Notes under the pieces: model-generated
What the model was told of the DNA's origin: nothing
Database searches by the model: none
What the model saw: only the letters and a program-made list of their open reading frames with translations
Part shown: one piece after another, positions 39,947 to 51,300 of the stretch
Position numbering within the stretch: position 1 is the stretch's first letter
Layout of the letters: every line of letters begins with the position of its first letter
From: an uncultured virus (IMG/VR IMGVR_UViG_3300029953_000007)
Lineage: Duplodnaviria; Heunggongvirae; Uroviricota; Caudoviricetes
Virus record (IMG/VR): IMGVR_UViG_3300029953_000007
DNA: 57,601 bases
Direction: 5' to 3' (one strand)
Program-made: the position numbers and the translations under genes

Positions 39947-39978
39947 TTTGCAATTTTGAAATCTTTTTCGTATCTTTA
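39947..39978 (+). promoter_or_regulatory. Divergent near-consensus Bacteroidota promoter
   Basis: TTTG(39947-39950)-N20-TATCTTTA(39971-39978); shares TTTTTCGTATCTTT with the minus-strand promoter. Confidence 0.6.
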
Positions 39979-39982
39979 TACT

Positions 39983-40118
39983 AATTCAGATACAGAATCA
40001 AATCCTACATTTAGGAGTTCATGTGCTTATAGATAAGACAAACTCAAACAACATATAATTAAAGGATTCTAATATTAGCTGAACTAAGCCTCATTACTTA
40101 ATTGTAATGAGGCTTTTT
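39983..40118 (+). ncRNA. Candidate ~135-nt structured small RNA
   Basis: ORF-free interval between a + promoter and a + terminator. The ends can pair (TTCAG/CTGAA, AGAATC/GATTCT); internal hairpins TCCTA-CATT-TAGGA and CTTAT-AG-ATAAG. Confidence 0.4.
40087..40118. terminator. Intrinsic terminator hairpin immediately after the DUF192 stop; T-run on the + strand
   Basis: AAGCCTCATTAC-TTAATT-GTAATGAGGCTT followed by TTT. Confidence 0.8.
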
Positions 40119-40791
40119 ATTTGTCTGGTAAGCTAACATAGTCGTCTTTTTTATGATCTTGTATGTGTAAATACTTAAAAACTCGTCTACCAAGTGCTTT
40201 GTAGTCTTTTTCTTGCTTACTTTTATACGCTCTTTTAGCTAATGATACAAGAGTTTTTGTATTTGGACGACTAAATATCCTTTCTCCACCTTTTAATTCC
40301 ATTTGAGACTCCCCTTTAGGATCAAGGACACTCATTACAACTGGTTTCTCTTCTTCTTTTTCACTTTCTTCCCAATCTTCAACATCTTTAACTCCAAGTT
40401 CACCTAAATCTAGTTCATCTCCTTCCTTTATATTTGATCCACAGTTCAATTCTAGGACATAGAGTGTATTTTCACACGCTACAAGCGATTCCTCGAACGG
40501 TTCTCCACAATATACTTTCAGAACCTCTCCATATTCATCAATATAGATTATGTCAAGAGGAATTAATGTGTCTTTCATCCAGAATTCTACCGTTTGAGGT
40601 TCTTCAAAGATAAATAGCATTCCTTCATTAGAAGGAAGCGAAGTTACGCCTTGAAGTCCCTTCTCACGTAGTTCTGGAGTATCAGCTATAAAGATAAGAT
40701 AGTCTTTATCATTAATTGTTAGGTGAATTGTTTCCATTTCATCTTCTATTACTGGTCCACCTTCTGATTGTTTTATTACTTCCTCTTTCAT
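40117..40791 (-). CDS. DUF192-family protein with C-terminal extension
   Basis: IADTPELREKGLQ..EGMLFIF..FWMKDTLIPLDIIYID..YVLELN..IKEGD signature. Confidence 0.88.
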   Translation of the reverse strand: MKEEVIKQSEGGPVIEDEMETIHLTINDKDYLIFIADTPELREKGLQGVTSLPSNEGMLFIFEEPQTVEFWMKDTLIPLDIIYIDEYGEVLKVYCGEPFEESLVACENTLYVLELNCGSNIKEGDELDLGELGVKDVEDWEESEKEEEKPVVMSVLDPKGESQMELKGGERIFSRPNTKTLVSLAKRAYKSKQEKDYKALGRRVFKYLHIQDHKKDDYVSLPDK

Positions 40792-43700
40792 TTCTTCTTT
40801 AATTTAAACTTTCCAGTGTTATCCTTAGTATTTTTTACTATCTCCATAGCTAATAACTTACCAGCTTCATATGCAGCTTCATCAGTACCTTCTTTTTGTA
40901 GTTTTTCTAACTCTTTAGTTAAATCGTAGTGTAGTATAAGCTCCTCTCTTTCAATTTCTGCCGACTGGACAACATCCCCACTCTTACTTTCTGATATAAC
41001 TGGTATTCCTTTTAAAGTAATATTAGCATCTTCAAGTTTAGGAGTTTCTTTTAAATCATGTTTCCTTGAATGAAAAGCACCATCAGGTATTATATTTATA
41101 GGGCCACCTTCTTCATAACTTATAATCGGAGTGATAAAATCAACACCACAAGTAATAGTAGTTAACTCTTGTTCTATAACACCACCAGTTTCTTTCCTTT
41201 TAATCTTCTTCATACGTTTAAGGTCAACTTCTTTAGATGCTTTACCTAACTTATGTGAGTATTCTTGATAAGTTTTAGTTGTATTAGAACCTGAACTATT
41301 AATAGAACCACCTAATTGATGTTGTGCTACATTAGCTACGCTATCCACATATTTCCTAAAAGGAGCATTAACAGGTTCCATTAAGACTTGCCTTTCTTTA
41401 GCTACTTTATTAGCATAATTAGGATCTCCTGCATTATATCCCTCTATATTAGTACCATTTTTAGTTAACTGATTAATAGTTTTCATCTCACTTTGAAAAG
41501 GATACTGTGTACGATTATTAAAGTACGTATTCATCCTGTTATATATAGAAGCGGGGACCTGACCACTATTCTTAGTAGCTGCCCTATAATCTAGTTGTAT
41601 ATTACCGAGATCATTCTCCGCCCAGTTAGAAAATACATTCCTAGGAGTGTAGTCCATCTGATCATTACCTATACCAGACTCTCTCTGTGCAATAGATAAT
41701 GCAGTATAGGGGTCAACTTTATTTCTCACAGAAGCCTTAACTATGTCATTTAACATACTCTTATTAACATGTTCACCATCTCTCATATTGTATTGAGGAT
41801 CATTAACTTGAATAGTGGTATTATTAGCTTTATATTTATTATAAAGGTTATTATCATAGTCACTATATTTTACTTTTAAATCAGCAACATCGCCACTATC
41901 ATATGGTAAGTTATTATTACCAGTTAACTTTACTAACTGTGGTCTAGATAGAGGTGGAGACTTATAACTTCCATCTTGATACCCAACGTTTGGCCCAACA
42001 TTACTAGATAAGATAGCCATCTTATCTGTGTTTTGTGGGGTAAGAATAGGTGAAGTTATATTAGGAATAGGTATAGTACTTCTCTGCATAACAGGTCTAC
42101 TAAAACTATTAGGATCTAGCAAAGTACCACCCTGTTGTAACTTCATACCTAACTTTCCTACTGGCACTTTAACTCCTTGAATAGGTTTTACACCTAAATT
42201 AGGAGCTAAACCTTTAGCTGATGGTGCTTGCTGTTGTGGTTGACTTTTAATTAATTGATCAAAAGAATCTCTTTGACCTTTTAAGTAGTCAACATCATCA
42301 CTATCAATATAACCAAGATTTCTAGTAGAAGTTGAAGCCATCTGTTGTGTACTTTCTAATCCTGGACTAAACTGACCAGATGTCTTTTGAGCACCACCAA
42401 GTGTACTTAAGAATTGTGAAAATGGCGAATCCTTAGCAAAACTAAAAGCAGTAGAGTAACCTCCACCGTAACCTGACATGTAATTCTTAGATACACCAAG
42501 TCTAGGTTGATAATCATAAGGTATTTGCATACCTTGATTAGATTGATAATTATCTGGTGCCATCATTTGACCACCTTGTTGCATTTTAGGAGGATACGTG
42601 TTACCCCATTGATTAACCCCTTTAAAATAAGAGGTTTGATCATGAGGTACTATAGGTTGTGGAGTTACTTGTCTTAACCTTATTTGTTGTACTAACTGGT
42701 CATAAGACTGCTGATTAGTAATAGGTGCTTTTTGTGTTGTATCTATAGACCTAGGTTTTAGAGGTTCTCCCCACAATCTTATAGTACCATCTGGATGTTC
42801 TGTAATTAGTGGATTATCCTTCCAATAAGGGTCTCCCGGGTCAGGAAACCTACCATTAGCAAATATAGGTTGTGATTTTATTAGTGTAGTATCACCTACA
42901 GGTTTAAACATATTAGAAGCTAACAATTGACCACCTTGTTGATGTTTGAAACTCTTCGCATTAAGAGCAAACTGAGCTCTCTTACGAGTAAGTGGATTCT
43001 TTGAATGTGTCAACTCCTCTGTAGTTTCCCCTGTTTTCTTTTTAGTAGCTATAAATTTACCTATATTCTCTTTCTTAATATGAATACCATCTTTAGCTTT
43101 AGGTAATAATTTCATACCTTCTTTACCAAATGTAGTTTGTCCTGAATTCCAAGTATTAGTATTAAAGTCTCTTTGCTGACGTTGTGAGTTATACATATCA
43201 GTAGAACCAGCTTGTTGTTGAAAGTCTTGTTTACCTTTAGTTATTAGACCTGCTGCTTGAGTCTGTTGTTGATTACTTGTATTTATTTGATTTTGAAGTC
43301 CTTGTACATTGGTTGCTAACTTCCCAAATAAACCAGCTTTTCTATAAGCAGTACCATCTAATTTAGTTGTAGCAGCATTTGAAGCAATACCACCATAACT
43401 ACCTGACTGTTGTACATCATTATTAACTGTAAACCCATTAGCCATACGAGCAGTCTTATTAGTATTCATAAGAGAACCACCAATACCATTTACAAGATTA
43501 AGAGCAGCACCAGCTACTTGACCCCAAGGTCCAAAAGCACTAAGTCCTGATGCTACTCCTTTCTCTATACTATCTCCTTGCATTGTGGTTCGTTGAGCTC
43601 CTTGAAGTTGACTAGCAGCTTCAAGACCACTTATACCTTGTGTTACACCACCTAAAATGTCCATAGTACTTGTAGCACTACCTCCAGGACCTTTACCCCA

Positions 43701-44060
43701 TCCAAAAGCACTTGAACTAGATTTTGGTTTATTAGCTGCATTTATATCAGCTGCTGTACCTGGTGTTAAAGTTTGTAAGGGTGTTGAATTAGCACCTTGT
43801 TCAGTTATGGCATTATTAATTTGTTGTTGACTTTGACCTTGTCCATTAGGATTGGTTAGTTGTTGCATATTAGGGTCATTATCTGTTGCATTGATATCAG
43901 CTGGATTACCTTTTGGAGGACCATTTAACTGATTATTCATCTGTTGACCAGTAGTTTGAACACCTCCACTAGGACCACCTCCAAAGTTACTAGATAACCA
44001 AGATGAGAAGTCTGATATTCCACCACCAGCATATAGTTTTATATAGTTTGTTTTACGCAT
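40788..44060 (-). CDS. Modular virion cargo protein (1090 aa) with a lysozyme-like/SLT domain
   Basis: IVKASVRNKVDPYTALSIAQRESG..YNAGDPNYANKV (SLT-like, ~41390-41760), small basic IHIKKENIGKF..RAQFALNAK module, and C-terminal IPDGAFHSRKH..KGIPV..AEIEREE domain; lies directly after the tail genes. Confidence 0.72.
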   Translation of the reverse strand: MRKTNYIKLYAGGGISDFSSWLSSNFGGGPSGGVQTTGQQMNNQLNGPPKGNPADINATDNDPNMQQLTNPNGQGQSQQQINNAITEQGANSTPLQTLTPGTAADINAANKPKSSSSAFGWGKGPGGSATSTMDILGGVTQGISGLEAASQLQGAQRTTMQGDSIEKGVASGLSAFGPWGQVAGAALNLVNGIGGSLMNTNKTARMANGFTVNNDVQQSGSYGGIASNAATTKLDGTAYRKAGLFGKLATNVQGLQNQINTSNQQQTQAAGLITKGKQDFQQQAGSTDMYNSQRQQRDFNTNTWNSGQTTFGKEGMKLLPKAKDGIHIKKENIGKFIATKKKTGETTEELTHSKNPLTRKRAQFALNAKSFKHQQGGQLLASNMFKPVGDTTLIKSQPIFANGRFPDPGDPYWKDNPLITEHPDGTIRLWGEPLKPRSIDTTQKAPITNQQSYDQLVQQIRLRQVTPQPIVPHDQTSYFKGVNQWGNTYPPKMQQGGQMMAPDNYQSNQGMQIPYDYQPRLGVSKNYMSGYGGGYSTAFSFAKDSPFSQFLSTLGGAQKTSGQFSPGLESTQQMASTSTRNLGYIDSDDVDYLKGQRDSFDQLIKSQPQQQAPSAKGLAPNLGVKPIQGVKVPVGKLGMKLQQGGTLLDPNSFSRPVMQRSTIPIPNITSPILTPQNTDKMAILSSNVGPNVGYQDGSYKSPPLSRPQLVKLTGNNNLPYDSGDVADLKVKYSDYDNNLYNKYKANNTTIQVNDPQYNMRDGEHVNKSMLNDIVKASVRNKVDPYTALSIAQRESGIGNDQMDYTPRNVFSNWAENDLGNIQLDYRAATKNSGQVPASIYNRMNTYFNNRTQYPFQSEMKTINQLTKNGTNIEGYNAGDPNYANKVAKERQVLMEPVNAPFRKYVDSVANVAQHQLGGSINSSGSNTTKTYQEYSHKLGKASKEVDLKRMKKIKRKETGGVIEQELTTITCGVDFITPIISYEEGGPINIIPDGAFHSRKHDLKETPKLEDANITLKGIPVISESKSGDVVQSAEIEREELILHYDLTKELEKLQKEGTDEAAYEAGKLLAMEIVKNTKDNTGKFKLKKK

Positions 44061-47000
44061 AGCTTTGTGTATACATTGTTATTAAAGAAGTTATTATAGC
44101 TAAATCTACACCTGAATAGATTACTGTTATTTTACAATACTTATCTCTAAGTCTTGATTGTCTAATTGTAGTAGGGTCTGTATAAGGTATCAAAATAGGT
44201 TTAATCTCAACATCCCATAAATCTTCTTTATATTGCATATTACCAAGTCTACGACCATAAGTAACTAGATCAAGTCCTGTTTGAGTTGTAGTCACCATAT
44301 CTGAACCTACAGTTGTAATATAAGTATTAGCACCATTACTATATGTATAATTACTACCTTTAAATGTATAAGCATCACCAGTAACTTCAAATTGAAAACT
44401 ATTAGGTGCTGCTTTATTAGATATAATTTGTAAGTTGTCATATATCTTATGAACTCCAGGATTATCTACAACTATAAAAGAGAATTGAAATGGCTGTTGT
44501 ACTCCGTACCATACTGTAGGATATATTGGAGTTTCAATATTAAATATTCCAGCTTGACCATGTTTCCAAAACGCAGGAGAAAAATAAGTATCAAATAAAG
44601 CTTGATCACCTGAATCAAGTGTACTTCTATTTACTATTACTGCTAAGTAATCATAAAAGTATTGAACTTCAGTTAAGACATCATCAACGATTAAATTAAG
44701 ACCTACACGTACATATAATTGAAATTCATACTTAGTCCATGTAGAACCTACACCAGTAAAAGTAAGGGTACTTCCACTTATTGAGAAATATTGATTATCA
44801 AGTGTTGTATCATCTATAGTATAAACTGCTGTATACTGAGAATAATAAGAATAACCTTTAAGTGATAAAGTTCCAACAGTACAACCTGTAGAAGTTCCAA
44901 GTTCTACAGCACTTAATACAATACCTTGAGCAGTTGGAGAGGAAGCAAGTGTATAGCCTATTAAAGCATTACGTTTAGCTGATTCTCTATCAAATGAAAA
45001 GAAGATATTATAAATGTTAGCAGAAGCTACAGGAGTCCATGAATAACGTGTTATCCATTTACCTAATTGCTCATTATAACATAAGTTCCATAAAATTTCA
45101 GTATTGTTTCTAGTACAATCATAATATGTGAACATTACGTCTTGTTTAAAGGCATTATAATGAGACTTTACATTTAAAAGGGCAACTGATGGAAACTTTT
45201 CAGCTTCTGTAAGAGTTATGTTAGCGTTAAGGAAAGATTGTACTTTAAAGTCTGAGATAAGTTCAAATTGCCTTCCATTAGTACGCCATATCTTCTTACC
45301 TACTGTATCAACTCCATAAATATAATTAGGTGTTTGAATTATTGAATCTTTCCATGTACTTCCATACTCTATAGATAATGGTTGTACTAACTCTGATATA
45401 ACACCAGAACCTTTTAAGAAGATAGATTGACCATCTGTAGTTTGTGTCATAGCTCGTTCATTAATACTAATTAAACCAACACCATGTTCAAAAACACACA
45501 AAAGATCACCTCTCCATTCAAGAAGTTTCATTATAGCACCATATTGACGTGTAATATCTTTATATGAAATACCTTGAAAAGTTCTATAACCATTTCTAAA
45601 AGCATCATTAATATGTATATCAGAGTACATTACTCTATTATCAAATAAGTTTTTAATATAAGGAACATTTGGTTGTTCTATATATACTTTAGATGATGTT
45701 GAAGTATTATACCCTATATTAATAAGAGTTGATTCAGGTATTTTAGACTCACCACCAACTGACATAGCATCAAGTGGGAAGAACCCTCTATAATTACCTG
45801 TAAGTGCAATCTCTGATGAATATGTATCGTCTTGACATCTATATGCTAAGTTTGTATTACTCTGTAATTTAAATGTAGCCCAATGACCTATTTTAACAGC
45901 GTTAACATCACCTAAGTTTATATTAGCTATCTTAGTAGCATCTAAACCACCAGAAGCTGTATAACCTGTATAGTTATTAATCCATGTTAGAGGGTCAATA
46001 ATAACATCGTTAATTGGAGTAGATGGATCTATAAAGTTTCTTGTCATACGACAAGTGTAATTATTAATAAAGCAATCCCCTCTATACTCTATAAATTGTA
46101 AGTTATCAGATTGTGCTATTATTGTAGGATAAGGTGTAGTTGTACCTAAAAGATTAAGATCATAACGATCAGATATTGCATAATAAGGATGAAAGGAATT
46201 AGACCTAACATCAAAATAAGCTTCCATTTCTGACGTATCATAACCTGGTATATGTATATCAACAGTAGCGCATTCTTGAGAAAAACCTTCACAACCAACA
46301 AATCCAGTATACGAACCACGTAATATATTAGTTGCAAGTGCCGCTTTATTTTGAGTAGCAAACCAATTAAATATCCATGCTGTTTCTGGTATTCCAACTC
46401 TAGTTGAAAATCTTTGAGTCCCTGAATATCGAAGTGGTTGATTATCTTCAATTAAAGTGAGCTTTACATCATTATGTAAAGTAGTAGATGCTCCATTATT
46501 CTGATATGATGCAATATAAAAGTGATTGTTAGTAGTAGGATCTTGTGTAAAGTTAGTTTGTGCAGAACTAAATGATGCAAGCGATAGATTAAATAAAGTT
46601 CCAACAAATACTTCATTATAGAGATCTGAACGTAAAAGAGCTTCAGGACATAACAAACCACCTCCAGGTATTATACTAGTAGTAGAAGTCAATAGTCTTG
46701 ATGCAAAATCATGTACAACTTGTGTACTTTTATTAACAAACGCTTCTGCTATATAAGCTGTAGTAGGACTACCGGTATTACCAGCTATAGCTGCTTTAAT
46801 TGTAGGTATATAAGATACAGTATCAACCCCTATTGATAAAGCTTGACATAAGATTGTAGGAACACGCTTTTGTCGTACAAAGAAGAAACCTTTAATGTAC
46901 TTGGCAAGTTCAGTCATAACCTCACTTGATATATTAAAACTAATCGATAATGGATATATACCAGTCTGACTATCTTTATTTATAATATCACTTTCATAAA

Positions 47001-48345
47001 TTATTCTAGATACACCATTAGCATTTTCTAAAGTTTGTGCTGAATTTTTTATATATCCATTGTCATCATAAGGTATATATTGTCTATTTCCAGAACCATC
47101 TAAAAGCGGTTCATCTGTATACATATTAGCTATATCTTCATCATATGTTCCACTTCTTGTAAAAGCTCCAAGCATATCTTTACCACGCACATTAAATACA
47201 GGTGACAAAGAATCATCAGGAAGAATAAAGACTACACCAAAACGATATATTTCTTTATTCCAATAACCTGTATAATTATAGACATTTAAAGAATCATAAT
47301 ACTCATAACCTATAGTCCCATTAGCTAAAGTTAAAGCTTTATAATTTTGATCCATATAACCAATGTTGTTGTTATTAGTTATAGAGGGATATATCCTAAT
47401 TGCTAAATCAGCAAGGTCTTTATAATCTATAGTAGGTCTTGTAATATTACCAAAGAATAGTCTATTTTGTATTTGAGCTTGTGTTGCTACTGCATCTACA
47501 GTGTTATACTGTATATTTAAGTCTTCTATACCAATTGGTATAGTATCTTCCAAACCTGTTATAGTTATAGTAAGAGTTGAACCAGTTATAACTTTTTTAG
47601 TACTTATCTTATAAGCAAGGATAACATTATTATCATTATCATCACCAGTTGACCTTGTAAAATATATGTTTAGATAGTCATAGGTACTATCTATATTATT
47701 CATAGTAAAGTTAGCTATCTTGTTAGTAATTTCATTAGCAATACCACCTCTTGTTGATGGAGGATCGTTAAGTTTTCCAACGTAACAACTTATAATACCA
47801 CTTTCTGCTACTATATCAGTCTCATTACCGTCTGCATCAGCATATTTAAAATAGAAAGTGTAATTACCAGCCATTAGATTACCACCTTCAACTAAACCAT
47901 TAAATACAATATAAGGTATTTTACTTGTTGTTTTAAATAATCTTGTAGTTGAGGCTATACTACCTATAGGATAAATATTAGTATCGTTATTACCACTTCT
48001 ATCTATTATCTCATATCTATTGTCTGCAATAGGAGTGAAACGTGTATTTATTAATTTAGGTGGATTTAAATTATCATTAAGAATAAGATTAACTGTACCA
48101 TCATATGAAGGTTGAACTTCTATATCAACTGGATGGTTTAAATCAAATGCTAATTCATTAGTCTGAAAGTAAGTAAGTTGTCCTGTATCTAACTGTAAAT
48201 TATGAATAGGGTTATATTCATATGTTAAATCTCCTTCTTGATTGAATAATTTAGCACTTAGTTGATAATCAATATTAAATTGAGGTAACACTAAGAATGT
48301 CTTTGAACTTAGTAGAGTTGTTCCACTATTTGGATTTATTGTCAT
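44053..48345 (-). CDS. Tail stabilisation/muzzle-like structural protein (1430 aa)
   Basis: QNRLFFGNI, EIYRFGVVFILPD..SPVF, NRVMYSD..YGAIMKL, YIYGVDTVGKKIWR, LCYNEQLGKWITRYSWTP, RLRDKYCKI: pattern typical of crAss-like muzzle (P22 gp10-like) proteins. Confidence 0.75.
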   Translation of the reverse strand: MTINPNSGTTLLSSKTFLVLPQFNIDYQLSAKLFNQEGDLTYEYNPIHNLQLDTGQLTYFQTNELAFDLNHPVDIEVQPSYDGTVNLILNDNLNPPKLINTRFTPIADNRYEIIDRSGNNDTNIYPIGSIASTTRLFKTTSKIPYIVFNGLVEGGNLMAGNYTFYFKYADADGNETDIVAESGIISCYVGKLNDPPSTRGGIANEITNKIANFTMNNIDSTYDYLNIYFTRSTGDDNDNNVILAYKISTKKVITGSTLTITITGLEDTIPIGIEDLNIQYNTVDAVATQAQIQNRLFFGNITRPTIDYKDLADLAIRIYPSITNNNNIGYMDQNYKALTLANGTIGYEYYDSLNVYNYTGYWNKEIYRFGVVFILPDDSLSPVFNVRGKDMLGAFTRSGTYDEDIANMYTDEPLLDGSGNRQYIPYDDNGYIKNSAQTLENANGVSRIIYESDIINKDSQTGIYPLSISFNISSEVMTELAKYIKGFFFVRQKRVPTILCQALSIGVDTVSYIPTIKAAIAGNTGSPTTAYIAEAFVNKSTQVVHDFASRLLTSTTSIIPGGGLLCPEALLRSDLYNEVFVGTLFNLSLASFSSAQTNFTQDPTTNNHFYIASYQNNGASTTLHNDVKLTLIEDNQPLRYSGTQRFSTRVGIPETAWIFNWFATQNKAALATNILRGSYTGFVGCEGFSQECATVDIHIPGYDTSEMEAYFDVRSNSFHPYYAISDRYDLNLLGTTTPYPTIIAQSDNLQFIEYRGDCFINNYTCRMTRNFIDPSTPINDVIIDPLTWINNYTGYTASGGLDATKIANINLGDVNAVKIGHWATFKLQSNTNLAYRCQDDTYSSEIALTGNYRGFFPLDAMSVGGESKIPESTLINIGYNTSTSSKVYIEQPNVPYIKNLFDNRVMYSDIHINDAFRNGYRTFQGISYKDITRQYGAIMKLLEWRGDLLCVFEHGVGLISINERAMTQTTDGQSIFLKGSGVISELVQPLSIEYGSTWKDSIIQTPNYIYGVDTVGKKIWRTNGRQFELISDFKVQSFLNANITLTEAEKFPSVALLNVKSHYNAFKQDVMFTYYDCTRNNTEILWNLCYNEQLGKWITRYSWTPVASANIYNIFFSFDRESAKRNALIGYTLASSPTAQGIVLSAVELGTSTGCTVGTLSLKGYSYYSQYTAVYTIDDTTLDNQYFSISGSTLTFTGVGSTWTKYEFQLYVRVGLNLIVDDVLTEVQYFYDYLAVIVNRSTLDSGDQALFDTYFSPAFWKHGQAGIFNIETPIYPTVWYGVQQPFQFSFIVVDNPGVHKIYDNLQIISNKAAPNSFQFEVTGDAYTFKGSNYTYSNGANTYITTVGSDMVTTTQTGLDLVTYGRRLGNMQYKEDLWDVEIKPILIPYTDPTTIRQSRLRDKYCKITVIYSGVDLAIITSLITMYTQSYA

Positions 48346-51300
48346 TGTGTTGTTACGTCAAAAGATGGAATTAAACTAGGTGCTGTTACACCATTACTAC
48401 AACCACCAACTCTATAAAATTTACCATAATTCCATATTGGAGTAGAACCTATTATTTGTACATAGGCTGCACTTGTTCCGGTATTAACAATAGGTGTATT
48501 AGTTACAGGTGTTGGTTTAACTTGTAAAAGAGGTACATATTGTGTTTGATAGTCTGGTATATTAGACCATAGTGTACCATGTGTGTGAACTCCAGCTCCA
48601 TTCTCTCTATATTTTGGATCACTTAAGTACTGATTTTGTCCTGCTAAGAAAGATGTAATAATAGCTGAATCAGCTGTTTGATCAATTGTAAGATTTGGAA
48701 CTGCTACATTACTAGTTGTAGTTTGTAAAGTATTTATAAATGGAATAAAACCATCACGTATTGTGTTACTACCATCTACTATTGTAGAGCTACCTTGTCT
48801 CGTTGCTATATAACTATTTATATTTGTAGTACTAAAATCAGCTGTTGGTTCACTAAGAGCTTGAAAATTAAATGTAGATAAATAAGTATTTACATAAGCC
48901 ATACTCACAATAGTAGGAGTAAAGTTTGTAGTAAATATAAGATCGGGATATGTTACATTAGTTTGTATATCATCATTAGATTCAACTGATGCGTTAGGAT
49001 AATAAACGTATACGGTATTTGATACACTTGATGTTACATATAAACTATTAAAAAAATCTTCCATAGCTTTTATATCAGTAACTTTAGTTAAACGGTAGGT
49101 ACCATCAGCCATATTTACTACTAAAGTAGTATTTTTCCACTGACTTGTTCCATGATCGTTACATGAATTATATGTAGGACCGCTAACTGATCCATAACCC
49201 CAAGTTGGTTCACATGATGTCATTAACACTGCTGAATAAGTACGTCCGTCATCACCATAAGTTGTGCTATTAATAGCTGTATTAATAGCTGTAACAACGT
49301 TACCGTCATAAGGATGATCTGATCCTAGGGTGTAAATATATTGAGTTCCATCCTTACCCATACATTGTAATTCTTCTTTTTGTATAAGAAGTGTTGCATT
49401 TGGAGATGCGAGTGTACCAGATGCTGCTCCAGCTGCTGGACCGGCTGTAGTAATCCATATACTATCACCATTGGGTCTATATGAGAATGAACCTGCTAAT
49501 GGAATTTCTTGATATGTAATACCTGTAGGACTACCACTAAGCGTTGCTACAGGAGAATAAACTGATCTTGATGTAACTGTATCAGTGTTTAAAAGATAAT
49601 TAGTACCTGAAGTATTTATAAGAGTCCAACTTGCAACACTATTAGGTTCAATATTAGTATCACTATTATAATTAACATCAATTATAGTTGGTTTCTCTCC
49701 ACTACTCATACTATTACTAGCAACAAGTGTAGGAGGAGTAATTGTCAATAGTGAAGTCTTAAATGTACCAAATATATAAGATAAACCTTGTAATGTTAAA
49801 TTTACTGCATAAGTGTTTTGAGTTTCGTAAGTTTGTGTATATTTATAACCAGGTGTTGTACTAAGTGAGGTAGGACTTACTATATAATAGTTACCATTAG
49901 TCATTAGATCAGTACGTTGTTGAGTAACAATAGGTGCTATATTAAGTGTATTATTGAGTGCTATTGTACTACTATAATTTATATTACCAATTACAAAATC
50001 TAGAGAGTTAAAATCAGATACATATGAAGGATCACTAACTGCAAGAGAGACTTGGTTATTATAAACACTGTTAAACATATCTGTAGTATATAACCCTTTA
50101 TAAAGATCATAATGGGTATAAGTATAAGTTCCACCACTATATGCAGTATCTACTCCACTAATCCTTACTATATAAAAACCATTTAAACGTAGTGCTTGAT
50201 TAATCCTAATTTGATTTGTAGAATTAAGCATTGTTTTAGCGTAAATGGTATCTGGATTAGTTATGAGTAAACTAGGAAGTGTACCACCAGTAGTTGTACT
50301 ATCAAATTGACTAATGTAAGGTTCAGTAACTAATGGTAGAATTACACTATTAAGACCATAAAAAGAGGGATTATCAACTGTTTGTACAACTGAATAATCA
50401 GACCAAGGATCATAGAATTCTATATAAAGAAATAAGCCATTTGGTGAGTTACCTTGAAACTTCCAATCAAAATTAAGTGTTATTGCATTATTAACTGTAT
50501 CTACATAATATGTAAAAATATTATTAACCCCAGAACCTGAACTAAGATACTTACCTATTGTTAAATTAAATGTCTTAGTTAAATTAGGATATAAACAATA
50601 AGGTGAGTAAGGTGTTATAGAACATTGAAAGTTTTGATTCTCAGTTAAACCATCTACTATAGCACTTACTTCTGCATTAGGAGAGTTTGCTGTATTATCT
50701 AAGAAAAAAGTTTGACTACTTGGTTGAGTTACTATAACTCTAACTCCATTAAAAGTTGAAAGAGAAGCACTAGAACCTGTTGCCACTATACTTATCTGTT
50801 TATCTGAATTTGTATTTAGTGAAATATCTTCAACAAATACGTTAAAAGTATCAAGAGTCTCTAACTCTAAACCTACTGTCAGAGTAGTTTGTGATGGTTC
50901 AGGATAATAAGTATAAGAACTACTAAGGTCTGACTGATAGGGTATTATATTGATTACACCAAACGGTAAAGCAGTAAGAGTATTATTTGATGTTATTTTA
51001 GAGAAGGTGAGTCTAAACAACTTTCTATTAGTTGGATCTTGTGAAATCCAATTATTATACTTAGTGGTATTATTAATATTATCAGGTAATGCATCATTAG
51101 CTGAATTAGGATCAGTTATCGTGTAAGTAACTACATATAAATCACCAGGAGATAGTTGAAGTAATTCTGGTTGAAATAAATTTGAATTCTTATCAGTTAT
51201 TGTTGCAACAGAATCATCACCAGTATCTACAATAAAATTAGCAGTTATAAAATTAACAGGCCCTATTTCACCATAATCTGTAGTACTAAAGTCTTCTTGT

